Source: Rebecca billardiae RCC1528
Lineage: Eukaryota; Protista; Haptophyta
NCBI GenBank assembly: GCA_965240325.2
Contig: OZ251233.1
Location: 2,289,177 to 2,353,176, forward strand
DNA length: 64,000 nucleotides
Direction: 5' to 3'
The notes beneath the pieces were generated by a model. It worked only from the letters and a program-made list of their open reading frames with translations, did no database searches and had not been told where the DNA came from. How positions within the stretch are numbered: position 1 is the stretch's first letter; each line of letters starts with the position of its first letter. Shown here piece by piece: positions 22,247 to 33,877 of this stretch. Made by a program: the position numbers and the translations under genes.

Positions 22247-22536
22247 CGAGCACGGCGACGGTATCGAAATTATCGCTAAGTACTGCTGAGACTGTCACTG
22301 TAGTCAGTCAGGCTACAGCGCGCGTGTATAGCTTAAGCTGATGATGAGTATATAGCGCCGTTGTGAGACCGCCCGGTCCGGGGACGCGACGTGATGCGCG
22401 CAGCTGAGACATGTCGTAGCACTGCCACTAGCCGAGAGTGGGCTCCGAGACCGAGTGCGCGCTCAACGGGGACAACGGCGCTAGCTGCTTGATGACGACG
22501 ACGAGTGCTTATGACGCGATGATGATATCGCGATAT

Positions 22537-22995
22537 GGCTCTGGCTCCGGTTGACCCCTGCCAGTCCGGTCATAGAAACCGGGCGTACCGAAAATGATCT
22601 TCGCATTCCTGCGGCCGAATGAACGCCCGAAGTGTCCCACAGGGCCCCAAGTAGGGTTGCTATGGATGGCCAATAAGTGCCCAGGGTGTGAAACCCAGTT
22701 TGTGACTACTTCAGACTCTATTTTTCATAGCTATTTACCCAGTCCGGTGACACATTTCCAATAGCTACGGGTGCATCCGGATCGCTCCCGGACCGTGTTC
22801 TGACCAGAGTCTGAAATGGGTAAATACATAGTAAAAATAGAGTCTGAACTATAGAGGAAGTGCTTGTTGGCCCAATATCGCTCTGAAGTCATCATCTAGG
22901 CATCCATTGAGGTCCTCCTGTGCAGTTTTCACGAGTGACTTCATGAAGGAGCTCACAGTGCCCGTCTCTGGCAGGGGTCAACCGAAGCCAGAGCC
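22537..22995. mobile_element. MITE, 459 bp, with 28-bp TIRs
   Basis: Left GGCTCTGGCTCCGGTTGACCCCTGCCAG; right CTGGCAGGGGTCAACCGAAGCCAGAGCC (1 mismatch). Flanks CGCGATAT / CGCGATGA. AT-rich interior with an internal inverted repeat at 22710-22848. Confidence 0.85.
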
Positions 22996-23610
22996 CGCGA
23001 TGATATGCCTTTATTATTATTTCATCGCGGCGGCACCGCCAAGTGCGGCCAGTGCCACTGCCCACCCAGTCACCAGTGCCGTGCCGCGGCCGCGGCCGCG
23101 CCGCCTGGCGCTCGCGCCGCCCGCGGATGGCGGAGTCAGTCCGGCCGCCGGCATATCTGATTTGACGATAAGTGATATATCATTATCAACTCGGCCATCC
23201 ACCGCCCGGTTAAGTAGTTTCACCGCGGAAACTGCCGCGTGTGCATCACGCCATCTGCGAGGCGACGCCAACGGTACATCGTCGGACGAGGACGTTGCCA
23301 CGTCGTAGCAGCGTGAGCACCGAGCAGCAGACGAACTTTCTGACGAGGACAGACCGATGACAGACAGTCTCAGTGACATGCTGATCGTCGACGTCACGGA
23401 CCGACGAGCCGCGTCGGATTGACGACCTGCACGGGAGACGAGCGCTCGAACGAGCCATGCCAGCAGCAGCGCGCAGCAGGCCGCGACGTGCGGCCGCCGT
23501 GCTCGGGGAGATGGCGCCGTGTTGGCAGGCCGTGACAATGATGGCGTGCTGCCGCGCAGCGTGCGGGTGCCTGCTGGAGCTGTGCCGTCTCGTCCGCTGC
23601 TGCGCATCCC

Positions 23611-24582
23611 TCAGCCGGAGTCGACGCACACCTGGTACACCCGCTCGTCCGCGACGGCGGCCCAGGCGTGCACGCGTGGCCGCGCGTCCACCTCCAGCGC
23701 GGACAAGGCCCCCACGGCAGGCGCGCGAGGCGCCGCGCCGAGCACCGCGGGGGCCAGAGTCTCCGCCGCGTGACCGCCGGCGCTCGGCCGCGGCGCCGCG
23801 CTGCGAGGGCGGTGGACCGCGCCGCGCGCGCGCGCCGCGCGCGCCGTGGGTGCGGACGCGGCGGCGCGGCTCGGGCGAGGCGCGGGCCGAGCGCGCGCGG
23901 ACGCACCGAGAGCGCGGCTGCGCCCCGGCTCCTCGGCCGCGCCGTCGGTGCCGCGTGCGCTGAGCGCGGCTGCGGCGGAAGGCTCGAGCGCGAAGAGCTC
24001 CGCACGGCGCACGTGCGCGGCCGCGCCGAGCCGGAGCGCGGTGCCGGGTGTGCCCTCCGCCATCTCCGACGCGAGCGGCGGTCGGCCGCGGACCGGCGCG
24101 CTGCGCGGTCGCGGCGCGTGCGCGATGGCGGCGGGCACCTCGCCACGGGGGCTCGCCCGGCCGAGGCGCACGCCTGCCCACGTGCTGGCAGCGGCCGCGC
24201 CTTCCGCGGCACCGCGCCACGTCGAGTCGTGGGCGGCCCGCAGCCGCGCGCGCGGGGCGGCGCCAGCTGCCGTCGCGCCCGACGGCGCGGGCCGGCGGGA
24301 CGCCGGCGCGTACACTCGCTCCGCCGCGCTCGGCTCCTCCGCGCCGCACGTGCGGAGGGTCGCGGCGGCGGCCGCGGCCGCGCCGAGCGACCTCGCCGCG
24401 GCTGCGCTGTGGCCGAGGCGCACGCGCGTGTGCGCGAGCGCCCGGCCGGCGGCGGCGAGATCGGCGGGCGTGGACGCCACCCGCACGCGTTCCTCGCGCG
24501 CGCGCTGCCTGCGCAGCTCGCTCGCCACCGAGCGCTCGGGCTGCCTCGCGATGTTCTGCGCGCGCACCCGCGCGGCCGCCAT
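23611..24582 (-). CDS. Hypothetical Ala/Arg-rich protein
   Basis: ATG in gccATG context, divergent from the LamG gene across a T/A-tract spacer. GC3-biased frame. No recognised domain. Confidence 0.45.
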   Translation of the reverse strand: MAAARVRAQNIARQPERSVASELRRQRAREERVRVASTPADLAAAGRALAHTRVRLGHSAAAARSLGAAAAAAATLRTCGAEEPSAAERVYAPASRRPAPSGATAAGAAPRARLRAAHDSTWRGAAEGAAAASTWAGVRLGRASPRGEVPAAIAHAPRPRSAPVRGRPPLASEMAEGTPGTALRLGAAAHVRRAELFALEPSAAAALSARGTDGAAEEPGRSRALGASARARPAPRPSRAAASAPTARAARARGAVHRPRSAAPRPSAGGHAAETLAPAVLGAAPRAPAVGALSALEVDARPRVHAWAAVADERVYQVCVDSG

Positions 24583-24883
24583 GCTGGGCAGGCCGAGGAG
24601 CCGCAACGTTTTTCAACGTCCTTCGCACGAAGAGGGGGTTTCCGGACACTTTTTGCCGCAAGCAACTTTGCAGTCGCGAGCAAAACCGGACAGTTGCCCC
24701 GGCTTGCAGCTGCGGCCCAGCTGTCCAGCCACTGGAGAGCTGGGCTGCCAGTTGTGATCGTAACGGATCGCCCCGGCGAGGCGGTGAGAGGGCAGACAGA
24801 AAGCGTTGCCCAGGGCCGCGAAGGGCACGGGCCGGCGACGCGCGGTCGGGCACCGCTCGTGGTGGGACGCGCGCGCGGAGGCG

Positions 24884-25571
24884 ATGGCGTACCGCACGCC
24901 GCTCCTGCTGCTCGCCGCGGCCTGCGGCTGCGCGGCCGATCTGATCGCGCACTACGAGTTTGAGAACAGCCTCGCCGCGACGACCGGCTCGTCCCCGGCC
25001 AGCGGCCCGTCGAGCTACTCGGCCGCGCAGGTCGCGCAGGGCGCGGCCGTGGACAACGGGGCGAGCACGTCGCTCACCGTGCCAAACGCCGCCGTGTCCG
25101 CCATCGAGGGCACCGCGCCGCGCTCGATCGTCTTCTGGCTCAACATTGCGCAGCCGCCGACCACCAAGGGCGTGCAGCAGATCCTGATCATGGGCGACGG
25201 CTCGAGCTCGGCGAGCTACTACCACCTCATCGCGTACAGGGCGGCGACCAACGCGCAGCTCTGGTTCGGCACGGGCCCCGACAACACCGACTACATCGGG
25301 CCCGCCTCGGCCACGCTCGCGTACGGCGCGTGGGCGCACGTGGCGATCACGTCCGCGCTCAACACGACCGCCGTGTACATCAACGGCGCGCTGGCGTACT
25401 CGGCGCAGATCTACGTGAACACGGCGAGCGGCACCGACCTCGTCCTCGCGGGCACGTACCCGGGCACGCCGCGCACCTTCCCCGAATGTGCGCGCCGCGC
25501 GCCACGCGCCACGCGCCGCGCCGCGCCGCGCCGCGCCGCGCCGCACCGCGCCGCCGCTCACGGCGCGAGCT

Positions 25572-25602
<31 letters not shown>

Positions 25603-28600
25603 GCAGCGCTCATCACGCTCGTGCCGGGCGCGTACTCGGCGGACACGGTGGGCACGATCGACGAGCTCGGCGTGTACAACGCCGCGCTCGAGGACTGGGA
25701 GGTCGCCGCAGTGTACTCGGCGGGCGCTGGCGGGAGCACGCTGCAGACGTCCTCGCCCTCGTCGCCGCCCGCACCGCCGCCGCCGCCGCCGCCCGCGCCG
25801 CCCGCGCCGCCGCCCGAGACGGAGGAGCTCGTGATGCACCTCAAGCTGAATGGCGACGCGACGGACTCGTCGTACAAGGGCGCGGACGGCGTCGTCTCGG
25901 GCACCGCGAGCTACGAGGCCGGGCAGATCGGGCTGGCGCTGCGGCTGGACGGCTCGTCGACGTTTGTGAGCGTGCCGCTCGCGGTCACGCGCGTGCAGGG
26001 CACGAGCGCGCGCACGGTGCTGCTCTGGTTCAAGAAGGAGGGCGACCTCAACGAGCTGATGCCGCTCGTCGCGTACGGCGACACGGTGCAGCTCGCCGTC
26101 TCCTCCACCCTCGCCTTTGGGCGCGACGACCTCGCGGACAACGGCGCGGGCGACCGGTACGCCGAGGGCGGCGCCGTGAGCATCGGCACGTGGTACCACG
26201 CGGCCGCCGCCTACTCGCTCGGCGAGGGGACGTGGTCGATCTACCTGGACGGGGCGCTGGTGGCGACGGACGACCGCGCGCTGCCCACGACCGACGCGGC
26301 GCTCACCGTCGGCTCGGGCGAGTCCACGCTCGGCCTCTTCCAGGGGCTGATCGACGACGTGGGCGTGTTTGCGGCCACCAAGAGCGGCGCGCAGCTCGAC
26401 CTGATCGCCAACGCGACGATCACCGGCAACGACCTCTCGGGCGCGGGGCTCTCGCCGCCGCCGCCGAGCCCGCCGCCGAGCCCGCCGCCCGCCTCGCCGC
26501 CCAGCCCGCCGCCCAAGCCGCCGCCCAGCCCGCCGCCCAGCCCGCCGCCGCCGAGCTCGCCGCCGCGCTCGCCGCCGCCGAGCGCGCCGCCGCCGCCGCC
26601 CGCCGACCTCGTGCGCCACTGGACGCTCGACGCGCGCCTCGCGGACGAGTCGGGCAACGGCGCGGACCTGGACGCGCAGGACGCGGGCGGGGCCGCGCGC
26701 GCGGGGTTCGGCTCGGCCGACGCGGCGGTCGACGGCTACGGCTACGCCGACCCGTCCGAGTGCGTCGTCGGCCGGTGCGTGCGCTTTGACGGCAACCTGC
26801 AGCTCGAGAATGGCGCGCCGCCGACCGTCGGCGGCGCCTCGCGCTCGGCGGCGCTCTGGTTCCGGCAGGAGGGGTCGTCGACGTCGAACGCGGGGCTGCT
26901 CTCGTACGGCGTGGACGCGGGGTCCGACCTCTTCGAGCTCTTCCTGCTCGGCGGGCAGGTCTGCCTCGACACGTCCGCGCAGACCGTGTGCGCCCCGGGC
27001 GCGTACAGCTTGGGCGCGTGGACGCACGCGGCCGTGACCTACCACGTCAACACGCAGCTGCTCTCGCTCTACCTGAACGGCAGCCTCGCGGTGGCGACGG
27101 CGCTGGGCACGGCGCTGGACACGGACGCGAGCGGCGTGGTGCGCGTCGGCTCGGGCGTGCAGCCCATCGCGCCCGCCTTCGAGGGGTACATCGACGACGT
27201 CGGCCTGTGGGAGCGCGACCTGAGCGCGGACAAGGTGGCGCAGCTGGTGGCGGACGCGGCGCTGGGGCTCAACCAGGCGGGCAACCCGCTCTCGCCGCCG
27301 CCGCCGATGCCGCCGCCGAGCCCGCCGCCGCCGAGCCCGCCGCCGCCGAGCTCGCCGCCGCCGCCGCCGCCCTCGCCGCCGCCCTCGCCGCCGCCGCCCA
27401 CGCCGCCCCCCTCGCCGCCGCCCGCGCCGCCGCCGCCGACGCCGCCCGCGCCGCCGCCGGTGATTGACCTCGTGCACGCGGCGCGCTTTGGGTACGAGCT
27501 CAACGACACCGTCACGCGCACGGCGTACACGCTGCTCGGCGCGGTGACGCTGCTCGAGCTCGACGCGCCGAAGCGCTCGTCGCTGCGCGCCATCTCCTCC
27601 GCCACGCCCGCGTGCGGCCCCGGCTGCTTCCGCGGCGTCGCCTCCTTCACCGGCGTGACGAACGAGGCGATCATCTCGGCCGACAACGAGACGGGCATCG
27701 GCGCGGCCGACCCGCGCGCGCTCTCGGCCTGGTTCCACCAGAAGACGGCGATCGAGGTGCCGCACCTCGACGCGGCGGTGGCGGGGTACGGCGGCGCGGG
27801 CAGCCTCGCCGAGGGCTCGCGCTTCGAGATCCAGCTCGAGTCGGGCGTGATGATCGCCTCCTTCGGCCCGACGTGCGCGGTGGTGGGCCCGGCGTACACG
27901 TCAGACGAGTGGCACCACGCGCTCATCACGTTCGGCACGGGCGGCGGCGCCAACGGGCAGGTCTCGGTGTACCTGGACGGCGTCGCGGTGACGGAGGAGC
28001 CGTCGTGCGTCATCTCCACGCTCGACTCGGCGCTGCTCATCGGCGAGAGCGTCTCGTCCAAGGACATCTACGCGGGCTACGTGGCCGAGGTGCGCCGCGC
28101 GCCCTCCGCGCCTCTGCGCCCCGCGCTGCCGCCCGCGCCGCCGCCCGCTCTCGCGGGCGCGCCGCCGCTGCCGTCTCACGCACGCCGCCGCGCGCGCGAT
28201 CGGTCGCCGCCCGCCCGCCGCGCCCGCCCCGCCCGGCAGGTGGCGCTCTTCACCGGCTTCTTCCGCGTGAACGACGTGCACCAGTTGATAGACTTTGTCG
28301 ACCCCAAAGCGTACATGAACTGGATCTCGGGCGGCGAGGCGCCCTCGCCGCCGCCGCCGCCGAGCGCGCCCTCGCCGCCGCCGCTCCCGCCCGCGCCGCC
28401 ACCGGCGCTGCCGCCGCCGCCCGCGGGCATCGGCGCGGGGCAGCCGTGCACGCCGCCCCGGCCCGAGCTGGGCGAGGAGGTGCGCCGCGCGCCGCCGCGC
28501 CTACGCCGCCGCGCGCGGCCGCCCCGCCCCGCGCGCTGCGCACGCGCTGAGCTGCCCGCCGCCTCCGCCGCGTGCGCGCGCGCGCGCAGGACCCGTGCGA

Positions 28601-28736
28601 GTCGCCCTTCACGTGCACGTGCTACTCGGCGGGCAAGGAGCCGCAGGGCTACGCGCGCCGAAAGCACAGCAAGAAGGACAAGCGCGTGCTGCTCTTCGGC
28701 AACGTGCCCGACACACTGACATGCATCTGCTCATGA
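24884..28736 (+). CDS. Secreted protein with four LamG/ConA-like domains separated by SPn/PPn linkers; exons 24884-25487, 25607-28089, 28240-28479, 28590-28736
   Basis: Signal peptide. Four repeats of W.H.A.T...YLDG...GxIDD(E)V. Pro-rich linkers. GT-AG introns 25488-25606, 28090-28239 and 28480-28589 restore one frame ending in a Cys-rich tail ...RVLLFGNVPDTLTCICS*. Confidence 0.85.
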
Positions 28737-29142
28737 GCCGCGCCCGGCCGGCATCCAGCTAGCCCTCACTCACTCGCTCACGCACTCGCTCACTCACTCA
28801 CTCACTCGCCGCGACGCGGCGGCCACGGGGCGGGCGCGCTGCCCCGCGCCCGAGCCGCCCGCAGTCCTGGCGCAGCCGACGGCGCGGCGTGCCCTCATCA
28901 CGATCGTCATCGGCCAGCGCGCAGTGCGGGATGCACCCCTGCGCGAGGCTCGGGCTGCGTGCACGGTGGCGGCGGCCGGTGCCGCTGTCGGATGGCGTCA
29001 CAGCGTGTGAGCGGAGCTGCGGCGGCGCGGCCCCGGTCCGGCCTCCGGGTCCGCCGCGCGTGCCCGGTGGCCGCGGTGCCGCCGCGTCATCAAACTCAGC
29101 GCATCGATATATTGCATTGTATCGTCAATATATATATATTCT

Positions 29143-30873
29143 GTCTAGCCGTCCTCGTGAACGCCGACGCCAACTGCTGGCCGAAGGTGGGCACGCCGCC
29201 TGGCATGTCGATGCCGAGGCGGCTGCGTGTGTTCCTACTCAGTGGGATTTACGTGTCCTCATGCCTTGGCGAGCGGCAGCAGATGCGGTGGGCATGCCGC
29301 TCGCCGTCGACGAGACGCGGTGCGTGAGTGATCCCGCGCGGACGTCCGCTGACGGAAGGCTGAGCGCCTGCGGACTCGTCGACTGAACCTCCACCTGACC
29401 GCCCGGGAGCAGCACTGCTGGGGACCTAACCTGAAAAACCCAATCGTGTTGGGAGGCAGGGGGTCACATGAGCCCTAAGTGCAGCGCCGCAGGACCGGGC
29501 GGTCGGACGGCGGGTGTTGTGGTCCCGCCGCCCGAGCACCAGACCAACGGGCCCTGGGTGGGCGGGTTGCCGAAAGATGTTGGTCGGTGCACGCGACGCG
29601 CCACCCGCGTGCGAGCCGCCGCCGCCGGCGACGCAGGGCCACGAGCCCGGCTGCAGCCATCTCGCGCGCCCGCGCCTGGCGAAGCAGCCAGGGGGCGCCG
29701 GAAACAGCAGATCTCCGCGGCGACAAACCCGGACAGACTGTTTGTCCGGGAGCAGCGCTTTGAGGCGATGGTCTGGTAGAGGGCGATGTGGCTGATGAGC
29801 GGCGCTGGCGCCCGGCGTTCTTGTCGTCCTCTTAGACAATCAGTTATTGTACCAATAACCCCACGTCTAGCCGTCCTCGTGAACGCCGACGCCAACTGCT
29901 GGCCGAAGGTGGGCACGCCGCCTGGCATGTCGATGCCGAGGCGGCTGCGTGTGTTCCTACTCAGTGGGATTTACGTGTCCTCATGCCTTGGCGAGCGGCA
30001 GCAGATGCGGTGGGCATGCCGCTCGCCGTCGACGAGACGCGGTGCGTGAGTGATCCCGTTTCATGGTGTGTTGGGGAGCACCGCGTGGAGGAGAAATCCC
30101 ATTGAGTGATGGGAAGGAAAGGGGCAAGGCACGTGTGAGTCGCGCACGCACGAGGGCCGGCCAGCGGGGGCTGGGCAGGTGGGGCAGTGCGAGTGAGATG
30201 GAACCCGAAGAGGAGAGATAGCAGGCAGCCCGCCCCGCGGGCGCGGCGCTGCGGAAGCAGGAGAAGGCTAGACGGCCTTTGCGGATGCTGTGAATGGCCC
30301 GCGGGTGCGCACGGGGCCCGGCGCGCGGTGTGCCGCCAGCGGTCCTTGTGTAGGAGCCGGCTGGCGTTGGCACCGGGGCGATCCCGAGGCAGGGCGGGAG
30401 AGATGGAGCAGCGATCCGCGTGGGGGCGCACCCACGGAGGAGGAGGCATGTGGCGAAGAGGGAACGGTGGCGATCGGGGGTGCGGAAGAGACAAAGTGCG
30501 CACGCACGCAGAGAGAGAAGAGGCGGTGGCCCGAAGCGCGAGGGGGCGCGATGCGGAGCGTTGCTTACCGCTGAGTTGCCGAAAGATGTTGGTCGGTGCA
30601 CGCGACGCGCCACCCGCGTGCGAGCCGCCGCCGCCGGCGACGCAGGGCCACGAGCCCGGCTGCAGCCATCTCGCGCGCCCGCGCCTGGCGAAGCAGCCAG
30701 GGGGCGCCGGAAACAGCAGATCTCCGCGGCGACAAACCCGGACAGACTGTTTGTCCGGGAGCAGCGCTTTGAGGCGATGGTCTGGTAGAGGGCGATGTGG
30801 CTGATGAGCGGCGCTGGCGCCCGGCGTTCTTGTCGTCCTCTTAGACAATCAGTTATTGTACCAATAACCCCAC
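29143..30873. mobile_element. Split-direct-repeat element (A1-x-B1A2-y-B2), PAT/Ngaro/TOC1-like, non-autonomous
   Basis: A (194 bp) at 29143-29336 and 29865-30058. B (299 bp) at 29566-29864 and 30575-30873. B1 abuts A2 directly. No TSD; (TA)n lies close to both ends. Confidence 0.7.
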
Positions 30874-30960
30874 ATACTGCGCGCTAATATATATATATAT
30901 ATATATAGATAGTAAGGGCGCGCGGTCTCGGATGCTCATGCTGCGGCACGTGTCGTACTA

Positions 30961-31400
<440 letters not shown>

Positions 31401-31408
31401 CCATATAT

Positions 31409-32788
31409 GGGTCGATTTTTTTGGCTTCGGCGCACGGAGCGCCGATCTCGTCAACGAGCGGCCATCGTGAAAGCGCGCGAAAGTTGCGTTTGCGGGGGCT
31501 CGCGCCTGCCGGGGTCGTGCGACGCGGGCGAAGGGCGCGCGGCCCCTCGCGCTGGTCGGCGGTGACGAGGACACCCAGGTGCGCCATCTCGCGCGCCGCC
31601 ACGCCCCTCTCCGCGTCTGCCTCGCGCACACGCAGCGATTGCATTTGGATGTTGCATTCTTGCGCATGCTTGCGCGCCACGTTGCGGGACGAGAAAAAGC
31701 GTCATGCGGTTAGGTTTGGCAGTTTGAGATGGTTCAGATGATGTTGTGACAGGAACTGGAAGACCTAACCGCATGACGCCCTTCCTGCGCGCGCTACACG
31801 CATCACGTGCTCTCCGCGCAGGTGAGCTTGAAAATTTGAAGCTGCTGCTCCTCTGCGAGGCCATCGAGGCGAGCGGCGGCTAGCATGACGCAGCGCTCTC
31901 CCCAGCTGCCACGGCCAGCCACCTGCACCCGGCTGTGCTCGCACTCGCCTTGAGTGTGTGCACGGTTGACACGTCGACGGTGCTCGGCGGTGTGTTTTTG
32001 ACTGCTGGTTGGTACGCACGCATCATGGGCCCACAGTGGAGTTGGGGTGCGTGCCGTGGCTGTGGCGCGCACGCGATCGACCCATACTACACACGCACAG
32101 CGCAGCTCGGCATCGTTACGGGCTTCAAACGTCGGCCAGAGCTTGTTTGCTATCCGCGTGCTGCGATCGTCGGCTCCGAGCAATCCACGAGGATGACAAC
32201 AGGCGGTGCGTGCGCTGTTTGAAGGCGTTGGGCGCGGCGTCTGCTGGCTGTGCAGTCGCGCCTGGGTACGGCTCGCATGCTACGCAGCGGCGGATACCAG
32301 TCTGATGCGGTTTGACGCACGGGCAGTCATCTGCTTTGCTCTGCACGCGTGGCCGGCTGATCATCCTTTCGCAACGCGTGTCTGCGCGTGCGGTGACTGC
32401 TCCCAGATGGGCTCGACGCGAGGCAAACGCGTGCGAGACTCATCGATACGGAGCTCCCCTCCAGGCAAGCGAGCGTTTGAGCGCGCTCACCTCACTCATG
32501 CCTACCCACGCGCATGTTTGCGCGGCCCACTGGTTCGAATGATGCGACGAGGTCGGTGCGGCGTGCTCGTGGGCAGGAGTGCGCGCTCAGTCGACGGTCA
32601 AGACGCGCGCCACGAGGAGCAGTCATGTGCCCAAGGTCGCTCGACCAGCGCGCGACCAACGGCACCCGCGTAGGGCAGCGCAGGAGCTCGCGTTTGACAC
32701 AGTGGAGCGCCACTGGGGCGGACGGGCGCCATGGGCGCCCATCGGCGCTACCAGCCCTCCCGTGCGCCGAAGCCAAAAAAATCGACCC
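31409..32788. mobile_element. Non-autonomous DNA transposon with 29-bp TIRs, GGG termini and AT flanks (ISL2EU/Harbinger-like)
   Basis: GGGTCGATTTTTTTGGCTTCGGCGCACGG at the left end and its exact reverse complement at the right end. AT on both sides. Confidence 0.8.
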
Positions 32789-33220
32789 ATCGCCAAGATG
32801 GGGCGGGACACGTGGCGCGCGCGCCTCAGCGCGCCCTCGCGCCCCGCCGCCGAGCGCGCGCTGCTCGGCACCATGCGGCGCGAGCTGGGCATGCGCTGCC
32901 TGCGTGGCCAGGCCAAGATGCTCATCGCCCGCGCGCGCATGGCGCACGTGCGCCCGGGGGCACGCGCCCGCGGGGGCGCTGCATACGACGACTACTTCGA
33001 GACGACGGCTGACGACGCGTGGCACCGCGACCACCGCGGTGGCGCGTGCGCGTCGACGCCAGACGGTGCGTCGAGCTTCCGCTCGGCGATGGAGTGATGG
33101 GCGACTATGAGGGGGGGGACGACGGCGAGGAGCGCTGATCCTGGTGTTTGTCTCTGCTGCTCGATCTGCTGCTACAGCTTGCTGACTCTGACGCCTGCCC
33201 GTTGCATACCACGTCGTTAA
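32789..33220 (+). mobile_element. 5'-truncated CRE-like retroelement copy (432 bp)
   Basis: Reverse complement of 33231-33662. Ends CCACGTCGTTAA followed by (TA)5. Confidence 0.75.
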
Positions 33221-33230
33221 TATATATATA

Positions 33231-33864
33231 TTAACGACGTGGTATGCAACGGGCAGGCGTCAGAGTCAGCAAGCTGTAGCAGCAGATCGAGCAGCAGAGA
33301 CAAACACCAGGATCAGCGCTCCTCGCCGTCGTCCCCCCCCTCATAGTCGCCCATCACTCCATCGCCGAGCGGAAGCTCGACGCACCGTCTGGCGTCGACG
33401 CGCACGCGCCACCGCGGTGGTCGCGGTGCCACGCGTCGTCAGCCGTCGTCTCGAAGTAGTCGTCGTATGCAGCGCCCCCGCGGGCGCGTGCCCCCGGGCG
33501 CACGTGCGCCATGCGCGCGCGGGCGATGAGCATCTTGGCCTGGCCACGCAGGCAGCGCATGCCCAGCTCGCGCCGCATGGTGCCGAGCAGCGCGCGCTCG
33601 GCGGCGGGGCGCGAGGGCGCGCTGAGGCGCGCGCGCCACGTGTCCCGCCCCATCTTGGCGATCTTCTTGAGGGTGAGGTCCACCTCCGCGCTCCACTCGC
33701 CGAACGCCCCCACGACAATCGGGACGATCGCGGGGAAGGTGTCGAGCCGCGCCTCGTATGGGCCCACCTGGCCCTCAAGCGTGCCGTAGACCTCGCGGTC
33801 GAGGAGCTGCAGCTGCTTGCGCCGCTCGCGCGGGACGAGTTCCGCGCGGTGGCGCACCGCACCG
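33231..33864 (-). mobile_element. 5'-truncated CRE-like (RLE-type) non-LTR retrotransposon copy encoding the C-terminal end of the ORF
   Basis: FPAIVPIVVGAFGEWSAEVDLTLKKIA...RRELGMRCLRGQAKML resembles the PxxxExxGxW...RGNA tail of CRE-clade RLE elements. Stop at 33354, ~120-bp 3' UTR, TA runs at both ends. Confidence 0.7.
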
Positions 33865-33877
33865 TATATATATATAT

